Below are positions 15,533-24,429 of a DNA stretch of 64,000 bases, piece by piece. Under the pieces are notes generated by a model that saw only the letters and a program-made list of their open reading frames with translations, did no database searches and was not told the origin of the DNA. The DNA is taken from positions 3,481 through 67,480 of the forward strand of contig JBGSQW010000017.1 of the NCBI GenBank assembly GCA_041737885.1. The letters are read 5' to 3'. The position numbers and the translations under genes were made by a program. Position 1 is the stretch's first letter. Every line of letters starts with the position of its first letter. Origin of the DNA: Pyrinomonadaceae bacterium (GTDB lineage: Bacteria; Acidobacteriota; Blastocatellia; Pyrinomonadales; Pyrinomonadaceae).

Positions 15533-16924
15533 ATGAAAACAAAATTGCTGTTGTTGCTTTCTCTGTGTTTCTGTGTCCTGGCCGTTCCTACTTTCGCCCA
15601 AAAGCAAAAGCTAGACCCGCAAATTCAAAAGATGCTGAAAGAGGTCTCGGCCAAGAATATTGAGGCAAGCATCAGAAAGCTCGTATCGTTTGGAACGCGA
15701 AACACATTGTCTGACCAGAATGACAAGACTCGCGGGATAGGAGCCGCACGTGATTGGATCCTGAGCGAATTTCGCAAGATCAGCGCCGATTGCGGCCTTT
15801 GCCTGACGCCGCAGACGCAGGCGTTCATGCAGCCAAAAGCCGCTCGAATTCCCGAGCCGACCCTGCTGACAAACGTGTACGGCATTCTGCCGGGAACGAC
15901 CGACCCGAGTCGGATCTATGTGGTCTCCGGTCATTACGATTCGATGTGCTCATCACCAACCGATGCAAAATGCGACGCTCCGGGTGCAAACGATGACGCT
16001 TCGGGCACAGCGGTTTCGATCGAACTCGCCAGGGTGATGTCAAAATATAAGTTCGATGCCACGATCATCTTCATGGCCGTTCCGGGCGAAGAGCAAGGCC
16101 TTCTCGGTGCTGCTCACTATGCCGAGGAAGCCGTAAAACTGAAGATGAATATCGAAGCGATGTTCACCAATGACATCGTCGGCGGCGTGACAACCTACAA
16201 GAATTCCCAGTTCCGCAAAAAGGTCCGAGTTTTTAGCGAAGGTGTTCCATCGAGCGAAACGCCGCAAGAAGCCAACACACGCCGAAGCGTCGGCGGCGAA
16301 AACGATTCGTCGTCGCGCCAACTCGCCCGATATATCAAGGAACAGGCGGATCGTTATATCAAGGATTTTGGCGTAATGATGATCTATCGCCGTGACCGCT
16401 ACGGACGCGGCGGCGATCATATTCCATTTGTCGAAAGAGGATTCGCCGGTGTTCGTTTGACGGAATCCGATGAAGATTACGCCCACCAGCATCAAAATGT
16501 CCGCACCGTCGAAGGCAAATTTTACGGCGACACACCTGAGTACGTCGATTTCGACTACACTGCAAACGTTGCACGCGTTAATCTTACGGCCCTTGCTAAC
16601 CTTGCCCTCGCCCCGGCAAAGCCTAAGAACGTCGGCATCGTGACAGGCGGCCTGACAAACGACACGGTCCTTCGTTGGCAAGCTAACACAGACGCGGACC
16701 TGGCGGGTTACGAATTGGTTTGGCGCGACACGACCGCTTCAGAATGGACCAATTCCATGTCCGTCGGCAACGTCACGACCTACACCGCGAAGGGCATGTC
16801 AAAAGACAATTTTTTCTTCGGCATTCGTGCGGTCGATAAAGCAGGAAACAAAAGCCCGGTCGTTTACCCGCGTCCTGCCCAGGCTCAGCGGCCTGCGGCT
16901 CCGACACCAACTCCGGCAAGATAG
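15533..16924 (+). CDS. M28 family metallopeptidase with C-terminal fibronectin type III-like domain
   Basis: ORF 15458.. trimmed to MKTKLLLLLSL (ATG 15533), because upstream codons lie in repeat copy 4. Motifs GANDDASGTA and GEEQGLLGA. FN3-like LAGYELVWRDT. Confidence 0.8.
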   Translation: MKTKLLLLLSLCFCVLAVPTFAQKQKLDPQIQKMLKEVSAKNIEASIRKLVSFGTRNTLSDQNDKTRGIGAARDWILSEFRKISADCGLCLTPQTQAFMQPKAARIPEPTLLTNVYGILPGTTDPSRIYVVSGHYDSMCSSPTDAKCDAPGANDDASGTAVSIELARVMSKYKFDATIIFMAVPGEEQGLLGAAHYAEEAVKLKMNIEAMFTNDIVGGVTTYKNSQFRKKVRVFSEGVPSSETPQEANTRRSVGGENDSSSRQLARYIKEQADRYIKDFGVMMIYRRDRYGRGGDHIPFVERGFAGVRLTESDEDYAHQHQNVRTVEGKFYGDTPEYVDFDYTANVARVNLTALANLALAPAKPKNVGIVTGGLTNDTVLRWQANTDADLAGYELVWRDTTASEWTNSMSVGNVTTYTAKGMSKDNFFFGIRAVDKAGNKSPVVYPRPAQAQRPAAPTPTPAR

Positions 16925-17058
16925 CTAGTTAAAGAGTAGTTCGACCTATCAGATCGCGGGGAAAATTGATTTTTTTCTCGCGATCTTTTCTTGCGATGTC
17001 CTTTTTGTCCTACGTCGTTCGTCTATTGATTGAAGCTCGAAAAAAGCTGATATAAATT

Positions 17059-17586
17059 ATGAACATCCGAATCAAGAACCTTTTCCTTTCTTCACTCATT
17101 CTCGCTCTTTTCTCGATCTGCACTAACGGACAGGTCAAGAACACTGAGAACACGCTGAAACTCGCTGAGGGGCGATCTTCGCCAAGTGCGACGATCGCAG
17201 ATGTCGCCTGGCTGGCTGGCAGTTGGGTCGGTACCGGTCTCGGTGGAGTTTCAGAAGAGATGTGGAGCCAGCCTCAAGGCGGCATCATGATGGGCACATA
17301 TCGCCTGATCGTTAAAGATAAACCTGTCTTCTACGAAATGATGTGGCTCGCAGAATCCGAGGGATCGCTTGTTCTCAAGATCAAGCATTTCCATCCGAAT
17401 TTCGTGGGCTGGGAAGAGAAGGACAAGACGGTCGATTTCAAATTCGTCAGCAAAGACGGTAAACGCGTCTATTTTTCTGGTCTTACGTTCGAGCAGGCCG
17501 ACGGCAAAAACCTGAAGATCTACCTCGCACTCAAAGACAGGGATGGAAGCTTTCGGGAAGAGCTTTTCACGATGAAACGAAATTAA
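17059..17586 (+). CDS. secreted DUF6265-like protein
   Basis: Signal peptide. WLAGSWVG...EEMWS...GGIMMGTYR pattern recalled from DUF6265. Confidence 0.5.
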   Translation: MNIRIKNLFLSSLILALFSICTNGQVKNTENTLKLAEGRSSPSATIADVAWLAGSWVGTGLGGVSEEMWSQPQGGIMMGTYRLIVKDKPVFYEMMWLAESEGSLVLKIKHFHPNFVGWEEKDKTVDFKFVSKDGKRVYFSGLTFEQADGKNLKIYLALKDRDGSFREELFTMKRN

Positions 17587-17599
17587 GGAGATAATTTTT

Positions 17600-17953
17600 A
17601 TGCCGCATTACATGCTGATACTACACGAAGAACCGATGGACTATTCCCAAATGTCGCCCGATGAGATCGAGGCTGTTATTCGCGAATACATCGAATGGTC
17701 GCAGTTGATCGAGGCTAAAGGAAAATACGTCGGAGGCCAAAAACTCGTCGATGAGGGCGGACGGCTTCTGCACGGCTTTGGCTCGGATTTCCGGGTCACC
17801 GACGGTCCGTATGCCGAAGCGAAAGAGGTCATCGGTGGATTTTTCACCATTTCTGCCGCCGATTATAACGAGGCGGTAGAGCTTTCGAGCGATTGCCCTC
17901 ATCTCAAGTACGGCGGCCGCGTCGAGCTTCGCGAGATACAGCCGACCGAGTGA
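17600..17953 (+). CDS. YciI family protein
   Basis: 117 aa. GGQKL...DGPYAEAKEVIGGFFTI...A..YNEAVEL pattern. Precedes an ECF sigma gene, as is typical. Confidence 0.75.
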   Translation: MPHYMLILHEEPMDYSQMSPDEIEAVIREYIEWSQLIEAKGKYVGGQKLVDEGGRLLHGFGSDFRVTDGPYAEAKEVIGGFFTISAADYNEAVELSSDCPHLKYGGRVELREIQPTE

Positions 17954-17957
17954 GATT

Positions 17958-19226
17958 GTGAAGCGATCAATGAACGAAACAACCCATGATCTGGACGAAA
18001 CCATCGGCCATCTTTTCCGGCAACATTCGGGAAAGATGGTCGCTGCTTTGTGCCGTTCATTCGGGTTTGAACGGATAGGAATTGTTGAGGACGCCGTTCA
18101 GGATGCTCTGATCGCAGCGATGAAGGTTTGGCCCTATTCCGGTGTGCCTGACAACCAGCTTGCATGGCTGCTGCGCACCGCCCGAAATCGCTGCATCGAC
18201 ATCCTTCGACGAGACAACCGCTCGACACCGCTCGACGCCGAGCCGGAATTCGCAGCAGATAGATCAGAAGTGGACGCAGTCTATTTCCCGTCAGAGATCG
18301 CCGAGGATCAACTGCGAATGATATTCGCCTGCTGCCACCCCGAGATCTCGCCGGATAGCCGCGTTGCTCTTACTCTTAAAGCGGTCGGCGGCTTCAGCGT
18401 TGGCGAGATCGCAACGGCCTTCCTGTCGAATCCCGACGCAGTCAGCAAACTTCTCTCTCGTGCAAGATCGAGGCTGCGTGAGCTAAACGTACGCATGGAA
18501 ATGCCGCCGCCCCGAGAATTGCCGCTAAGGCTCGACAGCGTTCTGAAAGCGATCTATTTGATGTTCAACGAGGGATATAGCGCCTCGACCGGCGGATCTT
18601 TCATCCGAAAGGACCTAGTGTTTGAGGCGATCCGCCTAGCTTCTCTGCTCGCAAAACATCCGGTCACCGCGTCGCCGATGGGCGATGCCGTGACCGCCTT
18701 GTTCTGTTTTCAAGCGGCACGCATGACGGCACGCTCCGACCACAATGGCGAACTTCTGATCCTCGCCGAGCAAGATCGCTGCAGTTGGGACCAGCAATTG
18801 ATCGCACATGGCCTACACCATTTTCGGCGTTCGGCCGCCGGCGAATCTGTCTCGGACTATCACCTTGAGGCCGAGATCGCGGCTATCTACACTTTGGCTC
18901 CCGATTATTCTTCGACTGACTGGGCACGCATTCTGTCGGCGTACGAAAAACTGCAGAGCCGTAAATTCTCACCCGTGATAGAGCTTAATCTAGCGATCGT
19001 TATCTGCCAGCTACGCGGTCCTCAGGCTGCCTACGACCGCCTCGTCTCGATCGAACACGAAAGCGCCATTCGAAGCTACAATCTTTTCTATATCACCAAA
19101 GCTCACTTTGAAAGCCTTCTTGACCTGGTTTCCGAGGCTAGAACGTCTCTCGAACGTGCCGCCTCGCTAACGCATAACCCGCCCGTTGAAGCATTTATCC
19201 AAAAACGGATATCCGAGCTCGGTTAA
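17958..19226 (+). CDS. ECF sigma factor with long C-terminal (DUF6596/TPR-like) extension
   Basis: Region 2 (VEDAVQDALIAAMKVWP...AWLLRTARNRCIDILRR) and region 4 (FSVGEIATAFLSNPDAVSKLLSRARSRL), then about 230 aa extra. GTG 17958 or ATG 17970. Confidence 0.8.
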   Translation: MKRSMNETTHDLDETIGHLFRQHSGKMVAALCRSFGFERIGIVEDAVQDALIAAMKVWPYSGVPDNQLAWLLRTARNRCIDILRRDNRSTPLDAEPEFAADRSEVDAVYFPSEIAEDQLRMIFACCHPEISPDSRVALTLKAVGGFSVGEIATAFLSNPDAVSKLLSRARSRLRELNVRMEMPPPRELPLRLDSVLKAIYLMFNEGYSASTGGSFIRKDLVFEAIRLASLLAKHPVTASPMGDAVTALFCFQAARMTARSDHNGELLILAEQDRCSWDQQLIAHGLHHFRRSAAGESVSDYHLEAEIAAIYTLAPDYSSTDWARILSAYEKLQSRKFSPVIELNLAIVICQLRGPQAAYDRLVSIEHESAIRSYNLFYITKAHFESLLDLVSEARTSLERAASLTHNPPVEAFIQKRISELG

Positions 19227-19276
19227 CCTAACAAAACTCAGATCGGCGCGTGTCCGGTCGTGTCATAAATAAAACA

Positions 19277-19306
19277 CTTGACTATTCATGCATCGCCGTA
19301 GTATAA
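19277..19306 (+). promoter_or_regulatory. sigma70-type promoter TTGACT-N18-TATAAT with A/T-rich upstream tract
   Basis: TTGACT at 19277-19282 and TATAAT at 19301-19306. CATAAATAAAACA lies just upstream. Confidence 0.5.
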
Positions 19307-19312
19307 TTCTAA

Positions 19313-19696
19313 GCCTACGTCGCTTCACACGGATCGACAGGGTGAGGTGCAGTTGGAACGAACGTGGGAAACTGTGGAACGATGGAACGGAGCGATAATC
19401 GAAATGTTAAGTCATTGATAAAACACAACTTACCAAGATGCAGCCGTTCCACGCATAGAACGCTTGTGTATTGCCTGTATGACAGTTTAAACCGCCGGAT
19501 CGCGGTGAATCCTGTTCCGCTCTCCTTCAGCTTTGTCGAGACACTAGCAGCGATGATCAAACTCCGTCTTAACTCTTCCTTCCATTTCAGGGCCGGACAC
19601 CCTATCAGGTTCATTTCGGCATCAAAATGTGGTAAAAATGAGGTTTACGGCCGAAATTTAGAGTAGTCACGAGCGGCTTGTTCCATAAGGTTTTCA
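19313..19696 (+). ncRNA. candidate structured 5' leader or independent ncRNA upstream of the nuclease operon
   Basis: About 380 nt between the promoter and the ATG at 19697 with no convincing ORF. Clustered GGAAC units at 19354-19387 and inverted GTTCC units at 19445, 19513 and 19679. Class unknown. Confidence 0.3.
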
Positions 19697-22126
19697 ATGA
19701 AGAAGTTATATTTCAGTTTTGCCATTATCGCCGCATTTTCAGCATGGATGAGCCTGAGCTTTGTCACCTCGGCTCAGGACGAAAAGAAAAGGATGATGGC
19801 ACCGCTCGCGTCGTCAACCCTCGTCATTAGCCAGGTCGGCAGCGGCGGCGGCGGTACGACGGGCACATACTCTTTTGACTATGTCGAGCTAAAAAATATC
19901 TCGACGTCGTCTCAGTCGCTTGGCGGCCTTTCGCTTTACTACGGCTCTGCTACCGGAGCCTTTGCAAGTGCAACCTCTAACGCGTTTGCACTTCCTAACG
20001 TCTCGTTAAATCCGGGCCAGTATTATCTGGTGCAGGTCGGCAACGCCGGCGGTGCCGGAGCGGCACTTCCCGTAACACCGGATTCTGTAACGTTAAACAT
20101 TAACCTCTCTGGAACTAACGGCAAGATCGCATTGGTCTCGACGCTTCAGCAGAATGTTTGCGGTTCGGCGGCAACCCCTTGTAATGCGGCCCAGCTGGCG
20201 CAGATCGTTGACTGGGTCGCATACGGAGCGGCGGGCAACGGAACGGCCGGAAATGGAGAAGGTGGAACTTCCGTAAACAACGGTACGGCATTGGCGGCAA
20301 CTCAGGGTTCGGTTCGCAAAATGCTTGGCTGCACTGACACGGACAACAACAATCTCGATTTCGACGTCGTCACTAATCCGGTGCCCCGAAATACCGGAAG
20401 CACGGTTAATGTTTGTGCAGGCGGCCCAACGCCGTCACCTTCGCCGACTCCATCAGTTTCTCCGACACCTACGCCGACACCGGGTGTTTCACCAACGCCT
20501 ACGCCAACGCCAACACCGGGACCTGCGGGGACGATCGTGATCAGCCAGTTTCAGGCAGGCGGCGGCACCGCGGAAGACGAATTTGTCGAACTTCACAATG
20601 TAGGCACCGAACCAGTAGACCTTAACGGTTATAGACTCGTTTATCGAGCGGCGGCGGGTAGTAACGATGTAGGCCCTTTTGCTACGTGGAACACTAGCAC
20701 GGTGATCCAACCGGGGCATTTTTATCTTGTTGCCTCTTCGGGTTTTGACGGCGGACTCGCGGCCGACGTAACTTACACGCCATCAGTCTGCTCATGCTCG
20801 ATGAGTGGTGTTGGCGGCGGTTTGGCTCTCAGGCCGTCCCAGTCTGGAACACCCGTTGACATGGTCGGCTGGGGAACTGCGACCAACGCCTTTATCGAGG
20901 GTTCGGTAACAGCAGCCCCGTCAAACAACGATAGCCGTTCCAGACTCGATAACGGTTGTCAGGATACGGGCAATAATGCAAGTGATTTCACTGCGACCAG
21001 CCCTGCCGGAGCGAGAAACTCATCTTCGACGCCGTTCCTCTGCAATGGCAATAACGGAGCGAATCTTTTCGCGTCGATGAACGCAACGCCGACCTTGGTC
21101 TCGCCTAATGCTACGGTGCTTTTCCGAGTCACCGTCACACCTGCGACCGAGCCGCCGAGCACGAACATCGGTGTCGAAGGCAATCTTTCGTCGATCGGCG
21201 GCCTCGCGACCCAGCCGTTCTACGACAACGGCACCAATGGGGACGTAACGGCTGGAGACAATGTCTTCTCGTTCGCGGCAACGATCCCGGGCGGCACATC
21301 AGGTGGAAATTACGTCATAACATCCGTTGCCCATGACGCGCAGGGCAGAACAGTTAATCTAAACCAGACGATCACGGTAAATGCACCGTTCACCGGCGAC
21401 GACCCACTGGTCCTCGGGAATCCGTCAAATGCAACGCTGGACGTAGCAAACGAGAACAATTACCTGATGCAAAAGCCTCAGTATTCACTTTCGTACAACC
21501 GTTCGACCGCTAACCCGAATTGGGTGGCGTGGCGTTTGGACTCAAGCTGGATCGGCGGTGCTGACCGACAGGACGATTTCCGGCCTGATCCGGCCCTTCC
21601 GGCGGGTTGGTATCGTGTGACAGATAACGATTATTCAGGCTCTGGTTTGTCTCGCGGACACATGTGTCCGTCCGGCGACCGCACGCGTTCGATCCCCGAT
21701 AACTCGGCGACCTTCCTGATGACGAACATGATCCCGCAGGCCATCGAGAACAACTCAGGCCCGTGGAATAATCTCGAAGATTATTCGCGATCGCTCTTAC
21801 AATCAGGTAACGAGTTGTACATATTCTCGGGTGGACACGGCAACCGCGGAACTATTGCCCAGGGCCGTATCGTCATTCCCGAAGTGACCTGGAAGGTCAT
21901 CATGGTCCTGCCGATCGGGACTGACGACCTTCGCCGGGTTAGCCGTTCGACGCGTGTCTTCGGCGTGATCATGCCGAATGACGACGCCCTCATAACACCT
22001 AGCACGCCGTGGCGAAACTTCCGTGTCACTGTTGATGATATCGAAGAATTGACCGGCTACAACTTCTTTTCAAACGTTCCGCGTAACACGCAGGAATATA
22101 TCGAGCGACGAGTGGACACCCAATAG
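19697..22126 (+). CDS. secreted nuclease: two lamin-tail domains plus C-terminal DNA/RNA non-specific endonuclease
   Basis: Signal peptide. Two LTD-like segments (YVELKNIS..., EFVELHNVGTEPVDLNGYRLVY). C-terminal NUC domain with SRGHMCPSGDR and MTNMIPQ. Confidence 0.8.
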   Translation: MKKLYFSFAIIAAFSAWMSLSFVTSAQDEKKRMMAPLASSTLVISQVGSGGGGTTGTYSFDYVELKNISTSSQSLGGLSLYYGSATGAFASATSNAFALPNVSLNPGQYYLVQVGNAGGAGAALPVTPDSVTLNINLSGTNGKIALVSTLQQNVCGSAATPCNAAQLAQIVDWVAYGAAGNGTAGNGEGGTSVNNGTALAATQGSVRKMLGCTDTDNNNLDFDVVTNPVPRNTGSTVNVCAGGPTPSPSPTPSVSPTPTPTPGVSPTPTPTPTPGPAGTIVISQFQAGGGTAEDEFVELHNVGTEPVDLNGYRLVYRAAAGSNDVGPFATWNTSTVIQPGHFYLVASSGFDGGLAADVTYTPSVCSCSMSGVGGGLALRPSQSGTPVDMVGWGTATNAFIEGSVTAAPSNNDSRSRLDNGCQDTGNNASDFTATSPAGARNSSSTPFLCNGNNGANLFASMNATPTLVSPNATVLFRVTVTPATEPPSTNIGVEGNLSSIGGLATQPFYDNGTNGDVTAGDNVFSFAATIPGGTSGGNYVITSVAHDAQGRTVNLNQTITVNAPFTGDDPLVLGNPSNATLDVANENNYLMQKPQYSLSYNRSTANPNWVAWRLDSSWIGGADRQDDFRPDPALPAGWYRVTDNDYSGSGLSRGHMCPSGDRTRSIPDNSATFLMTNMIPQAIENNSGPWNNLEDYSRSLLQSGNELYIFSGGHGNRGTIAQGRIVIPEVTWKVIMVLPIGTDDLRRVSRSTRVFGVIMPNDDALITPSTPWRNFRVTVDDIEELTGYNFFSNVPRNTQEYIERRVDTQ
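20423..20525 (+). repeat. low-complexity Pro/Thr/Ser linker coding repeat
   Basis: Encodes PTPSPSPTPSVSPTPTPTPGVSPTPTPTPTPGP between the two LTDs. Confidence 0.6.
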
Positions 22127-22146
22127 GCCCGAGGTCATTGATCAAT

Positions 22147-24048
22147 ATGAAATTAAACAGATCGACATTTTTACGGGTTGCCGCGAGCACTGCGATGGTC
22201 GTGGTCGGGGCTTTGTCCATCTTTGCTCAGAAAGAATATACGATCGCCCAAATACAAGGTGACAAGGGTTCGTCGCCGGTCGTCAATCAGAATGTCCGCG
22301 TAACTGGTGTCGTGACAGCGATACTGCGTAATGGCTTCTTTATCCAGACGCCGGACGCCCTCGCCGACAAAGACCCAAAAACGTCCGAAGGCTTGTACAT
22401 TTACGGTGAGAACAGCGTCAAGCAGGTCGCTCTCGGCAACATGGTCCAGGTCGAGGGTACAGTGATCGAATTCCGGCCGCGAAACGAAAGGATATTCCTC
22501 ACGATCACCGAGATAACCCGACCGACCGTCAAAGTGCTGTCGAAGGACAATCCGCTGCCGACACCAATAGCTCTGACAGCCGCCGATTTGGACCCGAAAG
22601 GAAAGCTCGATCAGATGGAAAAGTTTGAAGGGATGCGTGTCAAAGGCGACTTTGTTGTCGTTGCCCCGACCGGTGGCTTCACCAACGAGAGAACCGGACT
22701 TGGCACATCGAATGGAGTATTCTTCGCCACTTTGCAAGGCACGCCACGCCCATTCCGCGAACCGGGTCTTGGTGTCCTCAACATTATTGTCGACAAACTG
22801 CCTTCGACGATCCCTGCATTCGACATGAACCCTGAGATCGTCAGGATAGACAGCCAACAGCAAACCGGCTCGACCGCCCTCGACGTCACCACGGGAGCGA
22901 CGATCAAAGAACTGACAGGCATCATAGACTATTCCCGCAAGTTTTATACGCTCTACGTAGACGCCGCGACCCCGCCAAAGGTCGAGAATATGAAGTCGTT
23001 TGTGCCGCTTAGCCCGGCAGCCGAGAGAGAAACGACGGTAGGCAGCTTTAATATTGAGAATTTCTTTGATGACGAGGTAAATTCCAGCAACGTCGATAAG
23101 GAAGCCGTCACCCCCAAGGAAGTCTTTCAAAAACGGCTCGCAAAAGTATCACTGGCGGTGAGAAACGTCCTCGGCCAGCCGGATGTCCTTGGAATTGTCG
23201 AGGTCGAAAACCTTAAGGTATTACAAAAGGTGGCTGATAAGATCAACGCCGACGCTGTGGCAGCAGGCGGCCCCGATCCGAAATACACCGCTCATTTGGA
23301 AGAGGGCAATGATATTCGCGGAATCGACGTCGGATATCTCGTAAAATCTAGCAAAGTAAAGGTTATCGAGGTCAAGCAGCTTGCCAAGGACGTCAAAATG
23401 GAAGGCGTCGCCGGTGCCGAAGGCCAGAACCTCTACGATCGTCCGCCGCTACTGATCCGGGTCGAGGTTATCGATGCCAAGTCACCCAAACCACTGGCTT
23501 TTTCGGTGATCGTCAACCATTTCAAATCCTACAACGGCATCGATGACGAAAAGGACGGCGACCGGGTTCGTCAAAAACGTCGTCTTGAGGCGGAATGGTT
23601 GGCGAAATTTGTGCAGGATCGCCAGGCCGCTGATCCGACCGAACGAATCATCCTTTGCGGTGATTTCAATGCATTTCAGTTCAACGATGGCTACAACGAT
23701 CTGATCGGTATTCTCAAGGGCAAATCGGACCAGAACGTCCTGACACCGTCAAAGACCGCTTTCAACACCGGCCTTGTGACACTGATCGATTATCTTCCAG
23801 ATCCGCTCAAACGATACTCGTACACCTTTGATGGGGCGGCACAAGCTCTCGACCATATTATGATCAACAAAGCTGGTCGCGAACGGCTTTTGAAGTTTGG
23901 TTATGGCAGGTCGAACGCCGACTTCCCTCTGGTGTGGAAAAATGATGCGACGCGTCCGGAGCGAGTTTCTGATCACGACGCAGCCGTCGTCTTTTTGTCA
24001 CTCGACGAACCGGCTAAGCCGGCACCATCACCGACACCAGCGAATTGA
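22147..24048 (+). CDS. ExeM/NucH-like extracellular nuclease (endonuclease/exonuclease/phosphatase fold)
   Basis: Signal peptide. N-terminal IAQIQGDKGSSP...VRVTGVVTA...GFFIQ OB-like module. C-terminal EEP motifs (NIENFFD, CGDFN, SDHDA). Trimmed to the ATG at 22147. Confidence 0.8.
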   Translation: MKLNRSTFLRVAASTAMVVVGALSIFAQKEYTIAQIQGDKGSSPVVNQNVRVTGVVTAILRNGFFIQTPDALADKDPKTSEGLYIYGENSVKQVALGNMVQVEGTVIEFRPRNERIFLTITEITRPTVKVLSKDNPLPTPIALTAADLDPKGKLDQMEKFEGMRVKGDFVVVAPTGGFTNERTGLGTSNGVFFATLQGTPRPFREPGLGVLNIIVDKLPSTIPAFDMNPEIVRIDSQQQTGSTALDVTTGATIKELTGIIDYSRKFYTLYVDAATPPKVENMKSFVPLSPAAERETTVGSFNIENFFDDEVNSSNVDKEAVTPKEVFQKRLAKVSLAVRNVLGQPDVLGIVEVENLKVLQKVADKINADAVAAGGPDPKYTAHLEEGNDIRGIDVGYLVKSSKVKVIEVKQLAKDVKMEGVAGAEGQNLYDRPPLLIRVEVIDAKSPKPLAFSVIVNHFKSYNGIDDEKDGDRVRQKRRLEAEWLAKFVQDRQAADPTERIILCGDFNAFQFNDGYNDLIGILKGKSDQNVLTPSKTAFNTGLVTLIDYLPDPLKRYSYTFDGAAQALDHIMINKAGRERLLKFGYGRSNADFPLVWKNDATRPERVSDHDAAVVFLSLDEPAKPAPSPTPAN

Positions 24049-24429
24049 TCATGCCTTTTCGAGGATCACCTGAGCGACGGCATGATCGTTAGTATGAGAA
24101 ATGGAAAGATGAACGCGATCCGCTCGACGCTCCTTGAGTATTGCTGCGGCTTCGCCGGTAATGTTGAGTTCGGGCACTCCATTCTCATGAGAGACGACCT
24201 CGATATCTTGCCAGGTGATCTTTCCGCGCCAGCCGGTTTGAATAGCCTTTAGAAAAGCCTCTTTCGCAGCGAATCTGGCAGCATAGGATTGAGCCGCAGA
24301 AACGCCTTTGCTCTCGCAGTATTCTCGCTCTTGAGCAGTAAATACCCTCTCGAGAAATCTCGGAGTGCGAGCGATGGTCTCACGGATCCGATAAACTTCT
24401 ACTATGTCTACGCCTATTGAAATGATCAT
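24049..24429 (-). CDS. acpS: holo-[acyl-carrier-protein] synthase
   Basis: MIISIGVDIVEVYRI...FAAKEAFLKA...SISH pattern of AcpS. 126 aa. Confidence 0.85.
   Translation of the reverse strand: MIISIGVDIVEVYRIRETIARTPRFLERVFTAQEREYCESKGVSAAQSYAARFAAKEAFLKAIQTGWRGKITWQDIEVVSHENGVPELNITGEAAAILKERRADRVHLSISHTNDHAVAQVILEKA

Noticed and set aside
16951-16990. Possible terminator after the M28 gene (AGATCGCG ... CGCGATCT followed by TTTC)
   Set aside because: It has an 8-bp stem but a 20-nt loop and a weak U-tract, which is too marginal to annotate.
7816-19371. Shared CGTGGGA heptamer and TTGTYCCAT near start codons (7909-7917 versus 19677-19685), which might link the RHH locus to the nuclease leader
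   Set aside because: A 7-mer match between two regions of about 400 nt is expected by chance. The 9-mer has a mismatch. What is significant is the local tandem repetition at each locus, not the cross-locus similarity.
19328-19380. Weak resemblance to the c-di-GMP-I riboswitch (CAGGG ... GTGGGA)
   Set aside because: Only two short words match my recollection of the Vc2 sequence. The conserved GCAAA/tetraloop-receptor features are not evident. It needs an Infernal scan before any claim.
19315-19666. ORFs 19364..19666 (+, 100 aa) and 19315..19614 (-, 99 aa) in the long non-coding region
   Set aside because: No SD. They are very basic and Cys/Arg-rich with many rare Arg codons (AGA, AGG, CGA), and I recognise no fold. 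I treat the region as non-coding, but a small basic protein cannot be strictly excluded.
22171-23130. 319-aa ORF on the minus strand
   Set aside because: It lies entirely antisense to the well-supported ExeM/NucH-like CDS. Its composition is Arg-rich and low-complexity, with no recognisable motif. It looks like a shadow ORF.
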